Positions 15,209-23,363 of a stretch of 32,300 bases of DNA are shown one piece after another. Positions within the stretch are counted from its first letter, which is position 1; the number at the start of each line of letters is the position of its first letter. A program made the position numbers and the translations under genes. The notes beneath the pieces were generated by a model that saw only the letters and a list, made by a program, of their open reading frames with translations, was not told where the DNA came from and made no database searches. Source of the DNA: Bacteroidales bacterium (GTDB lineage Bacteria > Bacteroidota > Bacteroidia > Bacteroidales > F082); contig JBDHYV010000001.1 of the NCBI GenBank assembly GCA_039811545.1, positions 1 through 32,300 of the forward strand. Direction: 5' to 3'.

Positions 15209-17614
15209 TTAGTTACGTAATATTTTTCCGGAAACGATGAGGCTTTGCATCCGTTCGAGGGTTTTGCGTTGCATACAAAGTTCAAGAAACGCCTTGCGTT
15301 CGAGATTCAGGAGATATTCTTCCGACACCTCCGTCAATGCCTGAGAGACATCGCCTCCCGCCATGACAAAGCCTAATTTTTCGGCGATAAGCTTGTCGTG
15401 TTCGCTCATATAGCCGGCTACGGCATAGCTATCGGCGCCCACATACACCATTCCAAGAGCTTCGCGCCCCAAGATTCTGATATCGTTTCTACGGGGCGGC
15501 TGGGTATAGCCCCTTTCGGCCAAAGCCAAAGCTGCGGTCTTGGCTTGAGCAAGTTGCAGGCTACGACTGACCGCCACTTCGTCAACCCCCGGACGCAGAT
15601 ATCCAAAATCGAAAGCTTCATAAGCCGAAGTAGATACCTTGGCCTGTGCGATACTCATAAAACGTTGCAGGAAAGCATTTGTACGCACATCGCCATCGCG
15701 AAGCTCATCCGAAAGGCGCAAGGCAAACTCCTTCGAACCTCCGCCTCCGGGAATAAGGCCTACGCCAAACTCGACTAATCCCATATAGGTTTCGGCATGG
15801 GCGACCACTTTGTCGGCGTGCATACAGAGTTCGCAACCGCCACCAAGTGTCATGCCGTGCGGAGCTGCCACCACCGGGACGGCAGAATAACGCATCCGCA
15901 TGGTGGTTTTCTGGAACCATTGTACTGCCATATCCAATTCTTCAAATTCCTGCTCGATGGCCAGCATATAAATCATTCCCACATTGGCACCTGCCGAGAA
16001 ATGTTCGCCTTCGTTCGAGATGACCAATGCTTTGTATTGGGCTTCGGCCAAATCAATGGCTTTGTTCAAACCCTCGAGTACCCCTGCTCCAATGGTGTTC
16101 ATCTTGGAGTGAAATTCGATGTTCAGCACGCCATCGCCAAGGTCGAAGATGCTAGTATCAGTATTTTTCCAGATCACTTTTGTGGAACGAAGAGCTTCGA
16201 GCGACAAACGGTTTTCCTGTCCGGGGATTAACGCATAGTTCTGTGTTTCAATATCGTAGAAGTATTTCAGGCCATTTTCAACCTTATAAAAGGAGTTCTT
16301 TCCTTTTTCCAACATGGTTTTCACCCAAAGTGCCACAGAATTCCCACTGTCTTCCATTGCCTTGACGATGGCCCCAACATCTAAGGTGTCCCAGGCTTGA
16401 AATGGCCCGAGTTTCCAGCCAAAACCGGCATTCATGGCTTCGTCCACCTTATATATTGCATCGGTGATTTCGGGGATTCTGTTCGAGACAAAACTGAACA
16501 GGCTATAAAATGAACTTCTGTAGAAATCGCCGGCACGGCTGGTATCAGCCAGCAAAACTGGCATCCTGCGGGCCGGATCATCAATCCCCTTGGTAGCATC
16601 AAAAACCGACAATTTCGGTTTAGGTGCCTCCTCATAGGTTAAGTTGGAGAAATTGAGCGATAAAAACTTCTTCTCCCCATTTTCGTTCACCTTTTTAAAG
16701 AAACCCTGTTTCGTTTTGTCGCCTAACCATTTGTTGTCGAGCATCGTTTGCAAATAAGGCGGAATGACAAACACCTCATTGGCCTCGTCATGCGTTTGTT
16801 GACGAATGTTGTTTGCCACATGAACTAAGGTATCGAGGCCAACGATATCGGCTGTACGGAAGGTTGCCGACTTTGCCCGCCCAATGATGGGTCCGGTCAG
16901 CTTATCTATCTCGGGGATAGTGAGCCCATATTTTTGCACATTGTTAAAAAGCTGCATGATGCTGAATGTGCCGATGCGATTGGCAATAAAGGCCGGTGTG
17001 TCTTTAGCTACTACCGCGGTTTTACCCAAAAAGCGCAAGGCATAATCCGATAAGAAACTCACCACTTCGGGGGAGGTAAATGAGCTGGGGATAATTTCGA
17101 ACAATTGGAGATAGCGCGGCGGATTGAAGAAATGGGTTCCGCAGAAATGTTTTTTGAAGTCGTCGCTACGGCCTTCGGTCATTTTTTCCACACTGATTCC
17201 CGAGGTGTTGGTTGTAACAAGCGTTCCCGGCCGGCGCAGACTGTCAACGCGTGCTAATACCTCTTTTTTGATGTCAAGTTTCTCGACCACTACCTCAATC
17301 ACCCAGTCACATTCCTTAATTTTAGTCAAATCGTCATCAAAATTACCGGTCACGATTCGTTTAGCAAACGTTGGATGATAAATAGGCGAAGGCTTAGATT
17401 TGAGCACATTGGCCAAAGCCGTGTCCACAAGGCGGTTTCGCATCCGCCTGTTGTTCAAACTCAGGCCTTTCTGTTTTTCTTCTTCAGTCAGTTCGCCCGG
17501 TGCAATGTCAATGAGCAAGACCTGCAAACCGATGTTGGCAAAATGACATGCAATGCCTGAACCCATAACCCCTGAGCCCAGCACTGCCACTTTTTTAATT
17601 CTCCTTGTCATCAT
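15209..17614 (-). CDS. bifunctional 3-hydroxyacyl-CoA dehydrogenase / enoyl-CoA hydratase
   Basis: The N-terminus KKVAVLGSGVMGSGIA is a Rossmann HADH fold. The C-terminal crotonase region contains GGGCELCMHAD. Start at the ATG pair at 17614; the track ORF starts at an upstream TTG. Confidence 0.93.
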   Translation of the reverse strand: MMTRRIKKVAVLGSGVMGSGIACHFANIGLQVLLIDIAPGELTEEEKQKGLSLNNRRMRNRLVDTALANVLKSKPSPIYHPTFAKRIVTGNFDDDLTKIKECDWVIEVVVEKLDIKKEVLARVDSLRRPGTLVTTNTSGISVEKMTEGRSDDFKKHFCGTHFFNPPRYLQLFEIIPSSFTSPEVVSFLSDYALRFLGKTAVVAKDTPAFIANRIGTFSIMQLFNNVQKYGLTIPEIDKLTGPIIGRAKSATFRTADIVGLDTLVHVANNIRQQTHDEANEVFVIPPYLQTMLDNKWLGDKTKQGFFKKVNENGEKKFLSLNFSNLTYEEAPKPKLSVFDATKGIDDPARRMPVLLADTSRAGDFYRSSFYSLFSFVSNRIPEITDAIYKVDEAMNAGFGWKLGPFQAWDTLDVGAIVKAMEDSGNSVALWVKTMLEKGKNSFYKVENGLKYFYDIETQNYALIPGQENRLSLEALRSTKVIWKNTDTSIFDLGDGVLNIEFHSKMNTIGAGVLEGLNKAIDLAEAQYKALVISNEGEHFSAGANVGMIYMLAIEQEFEELDMAVQWFQKTTMRMRYSAVPVVAAPHGMTLGGGCELCMHADKVVAHAETYMGLVEFGVGLIPGGGGSKEFALRLSDELRDGDVRTNAFLQRFMSIAQAKVSTSAYEAFDFGYLRPGVDEVAVSRSLQLAQAKTAALALAERGYTQPPRRNDIRILGREALGMVYVGADSYAVAGYMSEHDKLIAEKLGFVMAGGDVSQALTEVSEEYLLNLERKAFLELCMQRKTLERMQSLIVSGKILRN

Positions 17615-17646
17615 AGTTTTTTTAAATATGTTCAATTGATTGAATT

Positions 17647-18108
17647 TCAAATCATTTCATTGCAGTCGCCATTAGCTAAGCGGCTTATTTCGCTGCAAGC
17701 CTCTTTCTTTATAAGTTGGCAAACACGAGCAAAAGATTTCATTTCGTCGGCATCAAGCTTTTGCATCAGTTTATTGTTGAAATCAATGACCACCTGTCTC
17801 ACTTTTTTGCGCATCGCGACGCCCTTTTCTGTCAGGTGAATATAAACCATCCGCTTGTCCGATAAATCTTTCACGCGGTAAATCAAACCATCATCCTCCA
17901 TTGTTTTGAGCAGCCGCGAGAGGCTGGTGGCGCCCATCCCCATCATCGGGGCAATGCGGGTGGCAGCAACACCTTCGCGCGGAACACTAATTAAAACATA
18001 AGCTACACCCTGTGTTGTGCCGTGTTCAGCCGCTATAAGATTGTACATCCGACGCATGGCAAACAGACTGCTCCTGATATGATAATCTACACTTTCCTGT
18101 ATTTTCAT
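17647..18108 (-). CDS. MarR-family transcriptional regulator
   Basis: 153 aa from the ATG at 18108: MKIQESVDYHIRSSLFAMRRMYN...ATRIAPMMGMGATSLSRLLKTMEDDGLIYR.. is a winged-helix MarR pattern. It is the first gene of the beta-oxidation cluster. Confidence 0.88.
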   Translation of the reverse strand: MKIQESVDYHIRSSLFAMRRMYNLIAAEHGTTQGVAYVLISVPREGVAATRIAPMMGMGATSLSRLLKTMEDDGLIYRVKDLSDKRMVYIHLTEKGVAMRKKVRQVVIDFNNKLMQKLDADEMKSFARVCQLIKKEACSEISRLANGDCNEMI

Positions 18109-18133
18109 TGTTGATTTTGTTATGCGTGCATTG

Positions 18134-18141
18134 CAAATGTA
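18134..18141 (-). promoter_or_regulatory. candidate -7 box TACATTTG for the MarR/beta-oxidation operon
   Basis: Perfect TAnnTTTG on the minus strand, 26-33 nt upstream of the MarR ATG. ATTG (3/4 of TTTG) lies 21 nt further upstream. Confidence 0.4.
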
Positions 18142-18172
18142 AAACAGTTTTTTACTTTCCGCAATCGTTTTC

Positions 18173-18187
18173 TGTGAAAAATTCACA
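18173..18187. promoter_or_regulatory. inverted repeat TGTGAA-aaa-TTCACA in the MarR/NMO divergent intergenic region (candidate operator)
   Basis: 6+6 perfect arms read directly from the sequence, located between the two divergent start codons (18108 and 18306). Confidence 0.4.
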
Positions 18188-18305
18188 ATTATTTTTTCCT
18201 CGGGAATTGTCGCCTTGCTGTAAGCTATATCTGTTAACAGCTTGAAGCCGGTTACGAAAAGATTTCCCATCTTTGCCTCAACACTTGATTTCAACCGCAA
18301 ACGCC

Positions 18306-19280
18306 ATGACACTCCTGAAAGAACCCCATCCGATGAAACCGAACCTGAGTACCATGCTTGGCCTACGTTATCCGGTGCTTGTTGCGCCCATGTTTCTGGT
18401 TTCCAATGCTTTTATGGTAATTGAAGCTTTGAATTCGGGAGGCACGGCAGCAATTCCGGCTCTGAATTACCGCACCGAATCAGCCATGCGTGAAGCCGTT
18501 GCGCAGATAAGGTCTGCCGCCAATGGTCCTTTTGGTTTCAATCTGATCGTCAACAAATCAAACCCGAAATGGAAGCAGCAGTTATCTGTTCTGGCCGATT
18601 TGAAGGTTGATTTTATCATTACCTCGCTGGGAAGCCCGGAAGAAGTTATTAAAAAATGTAAGCCTCTAAGTATCAAGGTTTTTTGTGATGTTGTGAATTT
18701 GGCTTATGCCAAAAAAGTTGAGGCCATGGGAGCCGATGCGCTGATTGCCGTTGGCAGCGAAGCCGGAGGTCATTGCGGTCCGGTTTCCAACCGTATTTTA
18801 ATTCCGGAATTGGTAGAACACTGCCGAATTCCTGTGATTGCTGCCGGCGGCATCAGTCGTCCGGAACATGTGCGGGAAATGTTCGACCTTGGGGCTGCAG
18901 GCGTTTCGGTAGGCACCATTTTTATTGCATCGGTAGAATCGCCCGTGAGTGATGATTATAAACAAGCCCTGATTAAATACAAAAGCAAGGATATTGTACT
19001 GAGTACACGCCTTTCGGGCAGTCATCTAACGGTGATTAATACACCTTACGTACAACAGATTGGTACAAAAGGCAGTTTTTTAGAGCATTGGATGAAGCGT
19101 CATAAACGGTTTAGAAATTTTCTGCGAATGATCATCTTTGCACGAGGCATGAAAAAAATGGAAAAAGCGGCTTTCAAAGCCACTTACCAGACAGTTTGGG
19201 TAGCCGGTCCGGCCATTGACGATATTCATTCCGTCAGACCGTTGCGTGCTATCATGCAGGAGCTGACGGCGGGATTTTAA
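18306..19280 (+). CDS. NMO-family FMN oxidoreductase, second paralog
   Basis: ..LGLRYPVLVAPMFLVSNAFMVIEALNSGGTAAIPALNY.. and ..IAVGSEAGGH..IPVIAAGGI.. are NMO/FabK motifs. The start is either ATG 18306 or ATG 18333; the track start at 18273 is a non-ATG codon. Confidence 0.88.
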   Translation: MTLLKEPHPMKPNLSTMLGLRYPVLVAPMFLVSNAFMVIEALNSGGTAAIPALNYRTESAMREAVAQIRSAANGPFGFNLIVNKSNPKWKQQLSVLADLKVDFIITSLGSPEEVIKKCKPLSIKVFCDVVNLAYAKKVEAMGADALIAVGSEAGGHCGPVSNRILIPELVEHCRIPVIAAGGISRPEHVREMFDLGAAGVSVGTIFIASVESPVSDDYKQALIKYKSKDIVLSTRLSGSHLTVINTPYVQQIGTKGSFLEHWMKRHKRFRNFLRMIIFARGMKKMEKAAFKATYQTVWVAGPAIDDIHSVRPLRAIMQELTAGF

Positions 19281-19397
19281 TGAACGACCTTTGAAACACT
19301 CAACAACCCTCGACCGGTTGGCCGGACTAAGGTAGTAATTCGCCGACTTGTTTCCGCCATTGGCCGAAAAAAGCTTGATGAGCCTCCTGCGCAAGCC

Positions 19398-19405
19398 TAT
19401 TTTTG
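19398..19405 (+). promoter_or_regulatory. candidate -7 box TATTTTTG for the LiaF-like/kinase/regulator operon
   Basis: Perfect TAnnTTTG, 40 nt upstream of the ATG at 19445. CTTG lies 20 nt upstream as a -33-like element. Confidence 0.4.
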
Positions 19406-19444
19406 CTGCCAATTCGTACATCAAAACCTCAAAACTGTAAAAAA

Positions 19445-20185
19445 ATGGAAACACTACCAAAAAAAACCGATTCACGTCTTTGGATTGGATTCCTTCTCAT
19501 CGTCCTCGGTGGTCTCTTGCTGCTCGACAGCTTTGAAATCATTGATTTCAGTCTGCGCGATTATCTTTTTTCGTGGAAAACACTTTTAATTTTTATCGGA
19601 TTGGTGATCGTTGCCAGCCGTAACGACCGCACTTCGGGCTATATTCTCATCGCCTTGGGCGTATTATTCTGGATCCCAGAGTTTTTCGACTATTCTATCC
19701 GGCTTCGCACTGTGTTCTGGCCAGGAGTGCTGATTATTCTTGGTGTCATCCTACTCAGCCGCAACGGAAAAAAACGTCAAACGGCAAACTCTGTTCACGA
19801 CGACAATTTTTTTAACCTAAACCAACAGCACGATTTCAATGCGGTGAGTCAGGAATATATTGAAGATACGGCCATTTTTGGCGGGGGAAGCACCCATTTT
19901 ACCTCATCGAATTTCAAAGGCGGTAAGATCACAGCCATTTTTGGCGGCTCAGACTTATATATGAAAGATGCGCAACCGTCGCCCGAGGGCTGTGTGATTG
20001 ATGTCTTGATCATTTTTGGAGGTGGCAACCTGATTGTGCCCGACGACTGGTTTGTGAAATCGGAAATGGTATCCATCTTTGGCGGATATTCCGACAAACG
20101 TATGCCGGCCAAGATAAATCCTGAGAAAACCCTGATACTGAAAGGTTTTGTGCTCTTTGGCGGATTAGAATTGAAAAGCCATTAA
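19445..20185 (+). CDS. LiaF-like membrane protein (N-terminal TM segments plus C-terminal FGG-repeat domain)
   Basis: From the ATG at 19445: METLPKKTDSRLWIGFLLIVLGGLLLL.. There are several hydrophobic segments, then five spaced (I/L)FGG motifs (AIFGGG, AIFGGS, IIFGGG, SIFGGY, VLFGGL). It is positioned ahead of a LytS/LytTR pair, as is common in Bacteroidota. Confidence 0.7.
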   Translation: METLPKKTDSRLWIGFLLIVLGGLLLLDSFEIIDFSLRDYLFSWKTLLIFIGLVIVASRNDRTSGYILIALGVLFWIPEFFDYSIRLRTVFWPGVLIILGVILLSRNGKKRQTANSVHDDNFFNLNQQHDFNAVSQEYIEDTAIFGGGSTHFTSSNFKGGKITAIFGGSDLYMKDAQPSPEGCVIDVLIIFGGGNLIVPDDWFVKSEMVSIFGGYSDKRMPAKINPEKTLILKGFVLFGGLELKSH

Positions 20186-20236
20186 TTTTATGAGATGTAA
20201 ACCACTGCATCTTGCCAAACCCTAAATGAAATCAAA

Positions 20237-21289
20237 ATGCTGAATCCATTGACCAAAAACCGGCAATATTTCATAGGATATCTGATTGTCTGGCTGATAG
20301 TTACACTCGTTCAGGTTGTTTTCTTTCACTTCTTTTTGGAAGTTGGTTTCGGGGAAAGTTTGGCCGATGCGGTGGTTTTCAACCTCATTTTTGCACTGCT
20401 TGGAATAAGTCTATGGTATGTGATTCGGGTAAAGATTAAAGAAAACCTTACCTTAACTGAACTTATATTAAACCATCTCATCACGGGTGTTGCCACTGTT
20501 GCCCTTTGGATTGGCGGAGCTTATTCACTGATGATACTGCTTGATACGGGAGATGCCTCCTATTTGAAGTTCCTGAACCAAAGTCTGCCCTGGCGAGTAA
20601 TCTCAGGCATTTTCTTCTATCTTATTTTTGTATTGATCTATTACATTCTGATTTATAACGACGATCTGCAACAAAAGCTGAAAACCGAAGCCGAGCTGAA
20701 CAGCCTGATTCAGGAAGCTGAATTAGATGCGCTTAAAGCTCAAATAAATCCGCATTTTCTGTTTAACAGCCTCAACTCGATCAGTTCGCTGACGATTACC
20801 GACCCTGTGAAAGCACAGGAAATGGTGATCCGGCTTTCGGATTTTATGCGCTATTCGTTGAGTTACGACCGCAACGAAACTACTACTCTGCGGCGCGAGC
20901 TCGAAAACGCTGAGCGATACCTTGATATTGAGAAGGTGCGATTTGGTGAGCGGCTGAAATATCAGTTTTCCATCGCCGAAAGCTGTGTTATGCTTCCAAT
21001 TCCCAATATGATTCTGCAACCACTATTGGAAAATGCGGTGAAGCATGGCGTTCATCAAAGTATTGGCGAGGTAATGATTCGGCTCGACTGTTCAGATAGT
21101 TTTGACTTTGCTACCCTGAAAATCACCAATAGTTACGATCCTGCTTCCAGACGTATCAAGGGCGAAGGCATCGGACTTAACAACATCCGCAAGCGCCTCC
21201 AGCTCACCTACCGGCGAGCCGACCTTTTTGAAGTCAAACCCGGCGAGGATGAATTTGAAGTACATATCCGAATTCCAAAACACCCCTGA
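20237..21289 (+). CDS. sensor histidine kinase, LytS/YehU-type (His_kinase domain)
   Basis: A multi-TM N-terminus is followed by LKAQINPHFLFNSLNSISSL (PF06580-type H-box) and a C-terminal ATPase region with G-x-GIGL. Confidence 0.9.
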   Translation: MLNPLTKNRQYFIGYLIVWLIVTLVQVVFFHFFLEVGFGESLADAVVFNLIFALLGISLWYVIRVKIKENLTLTELILNHLITGVATVALWIGGAYSLMILLDTGDASYLKFLNQSLPWRVISGIFFYLIFVLIYYILIYNDDLQQKLKTEAELNSLIQEAELDALKAQINPHFLFNSLNSISSLTITDPVKAQEMVIRLSDFMRYSLSYDRNETTTLRRELENAERYLDIEKVRFGERLKYQFSIAESCVMLPIPNMILQPLLENAVKHGVHQSIGEVMIRLDCSDSFDFATLKITNSYDPASRRIKGEGIGLNNIRKRLQLTYRRADLFEVKPGEDEFEVHIRIPKHP

Positions 21290-21291
21290 TT

Positions 21292-22047
21292 ATGAACGAA
21301 ACCCTGCGGACTTTGATCATTGAAGATGAGGAACCCGCCCGCATCCTGCTCAGGCATTTTCTGGCCGACTTTGTAGAAATAGAATTGATTGGCGAGTGCG
21401 AAGATGGATTTACGGGCATGAAAACCATTCAGGAACTTCGCCCTGATTTGATTTTTCTCGATATACAAATGCCAAGACTGAATGGATTTGAGCTAGTTGA
21501 ATTGTTAGATGAATTGCCCGAGATCATCTTTACGACAGCCTACGATGAGTATGCCATCAAAGCCTTTGAACTCAATGCCGTGGATTATCTGATGAAACCA
21601 TTTTCGAAAGACCGTTTACGCGTAGCTGTTGACAAGGTGATTGGGCGCGCCCACGCCAAAACGGGAATTCAGACACAATTGCACCAATTGGTAGGTCATT
21701 GGCAATCTGAACCTAAAAAGATCGATCGCATCGCTGTAAAATCCGGCGCGAAGATTCATTTAATCCCAGTCGAAGAAATAGAACACATTGAAGCTCAGGA
21801 CGATTATGTGATGATTTATTGTTCAGAAGGCCGCTTCCTAAAAAAAGAAACCCTTACCAATCTCGAACAAGGGCTTCCGTATGGGCAGTTCCTGCGTGTT
21901 CACCGTTCGCATCTTGTCAATATCCGACAGATTTTGCGTATTGAGCAATACGGCAAAGAAAGTTATTCTCTTTTGCTGAAAAATGGGAACAAGGTGAATG
22001 TGAGTAAAAGTAGGGTGAAGGAGTTGAAACAGGAGCTCGACTTTTAA
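21292..22047 (+). CDS. LytR/AlgR-family response regulator (REC + LytTR)
   Basis: The receiver domain (LIIEDEEPAR.., DLIFLDIQMP) is followed by a LytTR domain (..FLRVHRSHLVNI..). It starts 3 nt after the kinase stop. Confidence 0.93.
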   Translation: MNETLRTLIIEDEEPARILLRHFLADFVEIELIGECEDGFTGMKTIQELRPDLIFLDIQMPRLNGFELVELLDELPEIIFTTAYDEYAIKAFELNAVDYLMKPFSKDRLRVAVDKVIGRAHAKTGIQTQLHQLVGHWQSEPKKIDRIAVKSGAKIHLIPVEEIEHIEAQDDYVMIYCSEGRFLKKETLTNLEQGLPYGQFLRVHRSHLVNIRQILRIEQYGKESYSLLLKNGNKVNVSKSRVKELKQELDF

Positions 22048-22520
22048 TGCTGTCGTCTGAGGCGTGAAAAAGAGCGATTGTTTTCGCGCAATAGTCTGAA
22101 CTCGTGAAACTCCACCTTTTCCAAGAAAAGGTCTAAAATTTTATTGTTGATTTCAAGCAAAGACACTATGCTGATATTCTGGATTTTACGGATTGCGCCG
22201 AGCCAGGTATTAAGCCTATTTTCGTGGAGGCTGTTTCGGATAATCAGCATATAATCGAAATGGTTTGGGAGCTTCAGGAGTTTCTGTCCGCCATTTGACA
22301 GTTGCACCAGATTGAACACATTCATGTTTTCACCCGCATTGTAGTAATAAAACGAAAACTCACTGTTTTCATTCACAATGCCAGTCATTTTTTTAAGGTC
22401 AATGTGAATTGTGTTATTCAAATTCCAGGCCAGGGTAAAATCGCTCATCGGGGTAACAATTGCCACCAAAGTAACATCTTCGAAAAGGTCGTCAACACTG
22501 ATTTTTATTTTACTGGCCAT
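22044..22520 (-). CDS. IPExxxVDY-family-like protein (function unknown)
   Basis: 158 aa. The N-terminus ..VTLVAIVTPMSDFTLAWNLNNTIHIDLKKM.. and mid-protein ..LKLPNHFDYMLIIRN.. resemble the family pattern I recall (..LIGI.S....YRLCW.LN.. and IPExxxVDY). It lies immediately downstream of rnc, the usual Bacteroidota synteny. Confidence 0.55.
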   Translation of the reverse strand: MASKIKISVDDLFEDVTLVAIVTPMSDFTLAWNLNNTIHIDLKKMTGIVNENSEFSFYYYNAGENMNVFNLVQLSNGGQKLLKLPNHFDYMLIIRNSLHENRLNTWLGAIRKIQNISIVSLLEINNKILDLFLEKVEFHEFRLLRENNRSFSRLRRQH

Positions 22521-22532
22521 AATGCGTGATAT

Positions 22533-23291
22533 TTATGATTCTTGTATGACCTTTTCGGACTTATCCTTCATTCTGGAGAGCGAAGTCCAAGTTTTTTCTG
22601 CGGCAAGTTGTTCTGCTCCTTTGATGGAATAGTCGAGTGCTTCGGCTACCACATCACCATTCAGTCGGATATGAATCAGGTATTGGCGTCGAAAACCTTC
22701 GCCTTGTTCGGAAGCCACAACGAATTCCACATTCTGTTTTTCTTTCTGGCCCCATTCAAGGAGTTTGCTTTTAAAGTTGAAGTCGCTATTTTGAAGCTGA
22801 TCCACATCTAAATGCCATTCGATGATGCGCTTGACAATCACATTTCTGGTGAAGTTGAAGCCTTTGTCGAGGTAAATGGCGCCTATGAGGGCTTCGAACG
22901 CATCGCCGTTGGCCGATTTGAAAACCGAGCGCGCATCGCCGTTGACATTGACAAACTTATCAATTCCCATTTTTTGGGAAAGTTTGTTGAGCGAGGCGCG
23001 GCTCACGATCTTGGAGCGCATCTCGGTGAGAAAGCCCTCGTTCTTGTAAGGGAATTTTTTAAAAAGATAGTCGGCCACCACGGCACTCAACACTGCGTCA
23101 CCCAGATATTCAAGGCGTTCGTTGCTCAGTTTATGGCCATTGGCAGTGGCGGCAGCCGATTTGTGCCGAAAAGCCAATTGGTATAAAAAAATATTTCCGG
23201 GTACGAACCCGAAAATATTTTTTATCGCCTGACTCAGGCTTTTGTCAGCCGAGAGTGCTATTCGGATAGAATTCAAAAAAAACAACCTCAA
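22533..23291 (-). CDS. rnc: ribonuclease III
   Basis: AFRHKS.., NERLEYLGDAVL (RNase III signature) and a C-terminal dsRBD. There is no in-frame ATG in the N-terminal region, so the start is a non-ATG codon (TTG at 23291 or nearby) and its exact position is uncertain. Confidence 0.93.
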   Translation of the reverse strand: MRLFFLNSIRIALSADKSLSQAIKNIFGFVPGNIFLYQLAFRHKSAAATANGHKLSNERLEYLGDAVLSAVVADYLFKKFPYKNEGFLTEMRSKIVSRASLNKLSQKMGIDKFVNVNGDARSVFKSANGDAFEALIGAIYLDKGFNFTRNVIVKRIIEWHLDVDQLQNSDFNFKSKLLEWGQKEKQNVEFVVASEQGEGFRRQYLIHIRLNGDVVAEALDYSIKGAEQLAAEKTWTSLSRMKDKSEKVIQES

Positions 23292-23363
23292 TCAATATTA
23301 AGTTTGACCGTAGTAATAAGGTGTTGTTTTTAATGTTCGGACATTGCAGATACAGATTCAGAT

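Noticed and set aside
18173-18187. Reading the TGTGAA-N3-TTCACA palindrome as a canonical CRP/FNR site
   Set aside because: The spacing between the TGTGA and TCACA cores is 5 nt, not 6, and no CRP/FNR-family gene is in the window. It is retained only as a generic candidate operator.
22044-22047. Overlapping stop codons of convergent gene pairs (also 32216-32219) as a regulatory feature
   Set aside because: This is a common consequence of compact genomes and of the TTA/TAA self-complementarity of the stop codon. There is no further evidence of function.
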